From Selaginella moellendorffii (taxonomy: Eukaryota > Plantae > Lycopodiophyta), in assembly GCF_000143415.4 (NCBI RefSeq), contig NW_003314317.1, positions 937,183 through 1,001,182 of the forward strand: a stretch of 64,000 bases of DNA, written 5' to 3'. The notes under the pieces were generated by a model, which saw only the letters and a list, made by a program, of their open reading frames with translations, made no database searches and had not been told where the DNA came from. Positions 59,639 through 64,000 of this stretch are shown here, piece by piece. The translations under genes and the position numbers were made by a program. How positions within the stretch are numbered: the stretch's first letter is position 1; each line of letters opens with the position of its first letter.

Positions 59639-60158
59639 CCCCACGCTCTGCTAAAGCCCTAAGCCCAGGAAAGAAGAACCCTAATGACTGAGCGGGAAAT
59701 TCCTATTTAGGGTTCTTGAAATCTGATTGCTGGCAGTAAATATATCAACATAATTCTTGTGACCTAATATCACCAGTTGAATTCATGTTTGAATCTATTG
59801 CAAGTTAAGTACAGTGTTAAGTTGGTAACCTTGGCATTTGCAAAGGAAGTGGGACCAAGAGTTCAATTTGTGTTTCTATTGGGCCTTCATATTATTGCAG
59901 AATTTGCTTATTTCTAAGAGATAACTCGAAGCTATGGTTTGATTTAGATTTTCTGAATGTTACTAAGTGCAGCTGCCGAGAAACTTGAGAAATCACATGA
60001 AGTCAAGACATCATGTTCTGACTGAATGACTTTTATGCAGAACGTTTCACTGAGCTGAATTTTCTGCAGCTTGTGTGTCACAAATCATGAGCCAAGTCCC
60101 ATTTGACTGCTGAATCTGAATGGGGTGCCGTACGGTTAACAGATTAAGGATAGTACGT

Positions 60159-60215
60159 GTCGTTCGCTCCAGACACGTACACACATAAGTGCCGTTTACG
60201 TCTGGAGCAAACGAC
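60159..60215. repeat. Inverted repeat with 16 bp arms
   Basis: gtcgttcgctccagac (60159-74) and gtctggagcaaacgac (60200-15), one mismatch. Confidence 0.8.
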
Positions 60216-60323
60216 TTTTGTGCAGCACGTTGTGGTTATCTCAGTATATAAGGTATGTGAGCTCGTCTATGTTAATTCTCATTTTGTAGTTTGGATAGCG
60301 AGTTCCGAGTGGATCTAGATCAT

Positions 60324-60651
60324 ATGGCATCGAAAGCAGTTGTTTGTGTGGCTTTGTTCATTTGTATGCTGCTTGTTACAAGCAGCACTGCTGGTGAGTT
60401 TTTACGTTGTTAGTCCTGTTTGGACGCTTATATTTTGATACTGTTATGATGCAGCAAAGACAGCATGGCCTGAACTTGTTGGTAAGGATGCAATCTACGC
60501 AAGGGAGCAGATTCTGGCTGACAATCCCAAGTTGGAGATTCATATTGTGTTTTATGAGTCGTGTTCAGTTACTGCAGACTTTGATACAAACCGTGTTCGA
60601 ATCTACACCGACTGCAGCAACAGGGTAGTCAGAACACCAAGCATTGGCTGA
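60324..60651 (+). CDS. Potato type I (PR-6) serine protease inhibitor, secreted, 2 exons
   Basis: MASKAVVCVALFICMLLVTSSTA|AKTAWPELVGKD..VTADFDTNRVRIYTD..VVRTPSIG*; not present in the ORF track. Confidence 0.93.
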
Positions 60652-61414
60652 AAATAACCAAGCACTTCTGCCATTGTTGAAATGAATTTATAAGTAAATA
60701 AATGTTTTGTTGAATCAGGAGGATGCAACCACAATATGTTAGAGACAAAAGGCCATGGCAATTCTCTAGGAATTTGCAGTGTAATAGAGCCTCGTTAGAT
60801 CAGAGCTCTGATGTCATCATAGCGGAGGAAGAAAAAAGCGGAGAGAGCCGCCCACTCGCGGGCCAGAGAGGAACACCGGCGGCGTGACCGATGATGTTCA
60901 TGGCACGGAGCCGGGGCATTCGGCGGGCGGCGGCACAGCCGCTATTACCCGAGCCTGTGCCCGTGGTGGGTGTGTATGCGGGGGGAGATTGAACACAAAG
61001 TATATTTATTTTTGTTTCAATTTATCTATATCAATTTTTACTGGGTCGTTATCAACTTGAAGATTTGTTGTTTAAATGTGTTCACTTTTTTAAAAACCTT
61101 TGTAGGGTTTGGCGCTCTCTCGTTTTAGGGCGAGATGAGATGAGCTCAACTTTGACAACACATTTAATTTAATTGCCCTTTTTTTTAATCAATGCTGAGA
61201 AATAGCAGCTATCAAAAAGACATTGCTAATCAAATGATAAGCAAAGTCCAGCATGACAATGATGCAGGAGCATCACCAAGCTCCAGGCGGCTCTTCTGAA
61301 TTAAAGATCTGAAAACAAGTTTTTCCAATTTTGATCAGCAAAAGTTCGTCTAGTAGTAATTTAAGAGCTCTTGATAAGCTCTACTCCTTCACATTAGAAC
61401 CTCGTCCATTTTGT

Positions 61415-61730
61415 CTAAATGCTAGAAACTTACATAGACCAGGCTGTCTTGTGACCCTCAGCACAGCCAGAAGAGATTTCCAGAAGAGATTCCCACCTGA
61501 ATAATGCCTTTTAGTGATGACTTAATAAACTCATGAGTCCTTTGTGCACATTCACACGCCTAGACCTTTGGAAGTTAATCTTCTGGATGAAATGCTTGAA
61601 GTGAGTATTGTATTTATGCATCATGAAATGTTTGAAACGCAGGTGAAATCAGAAGAAGCTACTTGCATGTCTAGACAATGTGCTGTAGAAGGATTGTTGG
61701 TATGTAAACAAAATCCTTCTAAAACCTGAT
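61415..61730. pseudogene. Rearranged fragments of the cysteine synthase 3' region
   Basis: 61418-61505 is a direct copy of about 58108-58212; 61505-61710 is an inverted copy of about 58243-58480 ([11 protein letters not shown], with introns). Confidence 0.82.
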
Positions 61731-62976
61731 TTGGTTGAAAAAAAATACAGCTTACTAAAGAATATTTTGTTAGAATAATTATTGATTTTTAAATAAATTG
61801 TTAGCAATGCTTGATTTTCTTAATAGTAGTATTATTGTTATTTATTAATCCAATTGAATAAATAAAGTTTATAATTATAAGCATGTTTATAATTTATAAA
61901 CATAAGATTAATCTAATTGCATATTATAGAATAAAAATAATATACTAAAAAGGGTTTAAGAAAGTTATAAATTATAAACATGTTTATAAATTATAAATAC
62001 AAAATTGATCTAAATGAATAACAATAGTTAGATGATAGAATATCCTAGAATATCCAAGCATATTCTAAGTATATCCACTACCATCCCAATCCCCCTACAG
62101 GTTTGCTTAAGCAAACCAAAAAATTGAATTTTATTGTTATAAATTATAGTAATTTTATCATATAATAACTAGTAGAGAAACCAGAAAAACACATTTCAAT
62201 TGGGTAAATTGAAATATAATTAAATACTTTGGGAATGAAATGTGCATGCAATAAAAAGTTTGATATCTCAATAGAACATAAGATCCATTTTGTATAGAGC
62301 ATGGATTAAAAATATGTATTTTTCTTTAGGCATGTTGCCTTCATTGTACTCTACTATAGTTGTTTTATTTTCACTTAAAAATCATCTTTAAACAACTTTG
62401 TAAATTTGTGAACTCAAAATAATCACAAATACTCTAAAAGTCTAATGACTGAATTTTGTAAATCTCTACAGTGCAATTTGGATTACATGAATTACATAAT
62501 ATAATGGTCAAATTAAGTCACCACCCATAAATATATATTATATTAACATATTTTTTACAATGTATTTTAGTGAGGTCTTTAATTTTGTAAAGTCATCCTA
62601 CCTTTGATTCCATAGGAACTATTCTATGCTAGAGTATATAATCTCTTGGAACATTATTTTATTGGTTTTGAAAGTTTTGATGATGTAGGATTTACTTTGA
62701 GACAATACCTAAAAAAGATATTGTTTCTTGGAATGCATTACTCTTAGTTTACAATGGCTTTTTTTAGCATTTAATGAGACTTTAAGTATAATTTTTTTCT
62801 TTCCTTTTGAGACAAATTATAATTGTTATGAGTTGTGTTTCTTTCTTCAAGTACCACTACTATCTTTAAGCCCATTATCCTAAAAGCTTTCTTTCTATTA
62901 ATTATTCTAATTTTGGATCTTTCTATTAAAAAATTTCTAAGGGCCATACTGAAGGCTTCTAAAATGCTCTCATAAA

Positions 62977-63082
62977 GCTGATTGAATTTTGCAATTTACT
63001 TTGATACTTTCCTAGAGTTGATTGAATTTTGTAATTTAATTTGATGCTTTCCTAGAGCTAATTGAATTTTGTAATTTACTTT
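62977..63082. repeat. Tandem repeat of about 41 bp (about 2.5 units)
   Basis: attgaattttg.aattta.tttgat.ctttcctagag units. Confidence 0.8.
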
Positions 63083-63098
63083 ATTTCCACACTAACTT

Positions 63099-63431
63099 TG
63101 CCAATCCTTCCATTGTACTTTGCTTAAAGGTATATTATACTTTTTAAGTAGCCACTAATTATTGTGAATTGAACCTGTACCAATCCTTCCATTGTACCTT
63201 GGTCAAAGGTATATTATACTTTTTAAGTAGCCACTAATCAATGAAAATTAAACCCGTGCCATTTGCTCTAATATCACATATAACACACTTTATCTTTCTT
63301 CTCTTAAGCCACTGAAAAAAGAGCAATTACTTAATAAAAGAATCTTAGTAACTATTTTATTCTTATTTATCTCCCAAAGTTTCAAGAATCTATGGTGACA
63401 ATATATTCATCCCATAATCACATGCGCTACA
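63099..63431 (-). mobile_element. Decayed copy of the 50874-51557 TRIM family (LTR, PBS region and duplicated internal block)
   Basis: Reverse complement of tgtagtgcatgtgat...ataaagtg, gagcaaatggcac and attagtggctacttaaaaa. Confidence 0.78.
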
Positions 63432-64000
63432 ATCCCTTAGCCATATTTTTTCCCTCTTACCCAACCAAAATAGAATATAGCGAGAAATATCCAAAAAGAA
63501 AAATTATACAATATGAGAAGGCATTAATTTCTTTTCCAACTTATGTGTAATTGTTTTCTAAGTGTTAGCATAGTTGGATGATGTAACAATAACATGAATT
63601 GATTTAATTAATCACTTGCTTATGGTGCCTTGCAAAATATCCACTAAATAAATTAAATTTCCTCATTTAGCAGTATTAATTTGTACAACCATAGCTTTCA
63701 ATCCTAATCCTTGACCTAGCACAATCCTTAACCACATAACCAAAAACTAAAATAGAAAATTAACACAAAATTTAAAAGATTTACTTTGAAATCCTTCCTA
63801 TTAAAGGAGTTTAATTCCAAAAATCAAGGAATGAATATTAAATTTTCTATCTAGTCAATTAAAATGTTTGAGAGAAGAAATAACTTATACCTTTACTCGA
63901 AGGTCAAACATAAATATGGAGTCATGAAATTTTAAACTTTTTATAAAGTTTGCTCATTCTTAATAGTAACTAACTTTCTCAACCAGATGTGGCCGCATAA

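Noticed and set aside
62700-62755. PPR-like relic (IPKKDIVSWNALL)
   Set aside because: Too short and degraded to annotate with confidence.

Overview
Gene-dense plant nuclear DNA with very short introns (mostly about 50-60 nt). A flagellar gene (CFAP45) occurs together with a stomatal peptide gene (STOMAGEN/EPFL9), which points to a seed-free vascular plant; Selaginella is my best inference. 1-35 kb: about 16 tightly packed protein genes (MYND-family protein, F-box/kelch, RRS1, FolB, an LRR protein, a kinase next to a PPR gene, an extracellular LRR protein, ZF-HD, UEV1, ankyrin, tRNase Z, a double SET-domain protein, CAF1, CFAP45, SDR) and two tRNA genes. 35-52 kb: a nest of Ty3/gypsy and TRIM-like LTR elements, including a chromovirus with a CTTTT target-site duplication, plus secreted Cys-rich peptide and DUF26 sequences. 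53-61 kb: STOMAGEN, a PKS/BIG GRAIN-like protein, a CS26-like cysteine synthase and a potato-type-I protease inhibitor. Most notable: (1) a PLS-PPR gene without E/DYW lies 68 bp upstream of a catalytically intact kinase whose N-terminus resembles plant MLKL/HeLo proteins; the pair was duplicated as one unit and a possible in-frame fusion route exists; (2) several same-strand genes are only 42-68 bp apart, which looks operon-like; (3) an intron appears to preserve the codons of the loop lost in CS26; (4) a tandem SET-domain protein carries a signal peptide. All gene models were spliced by eye and all family calls come from remembered motifs; no database search was run.
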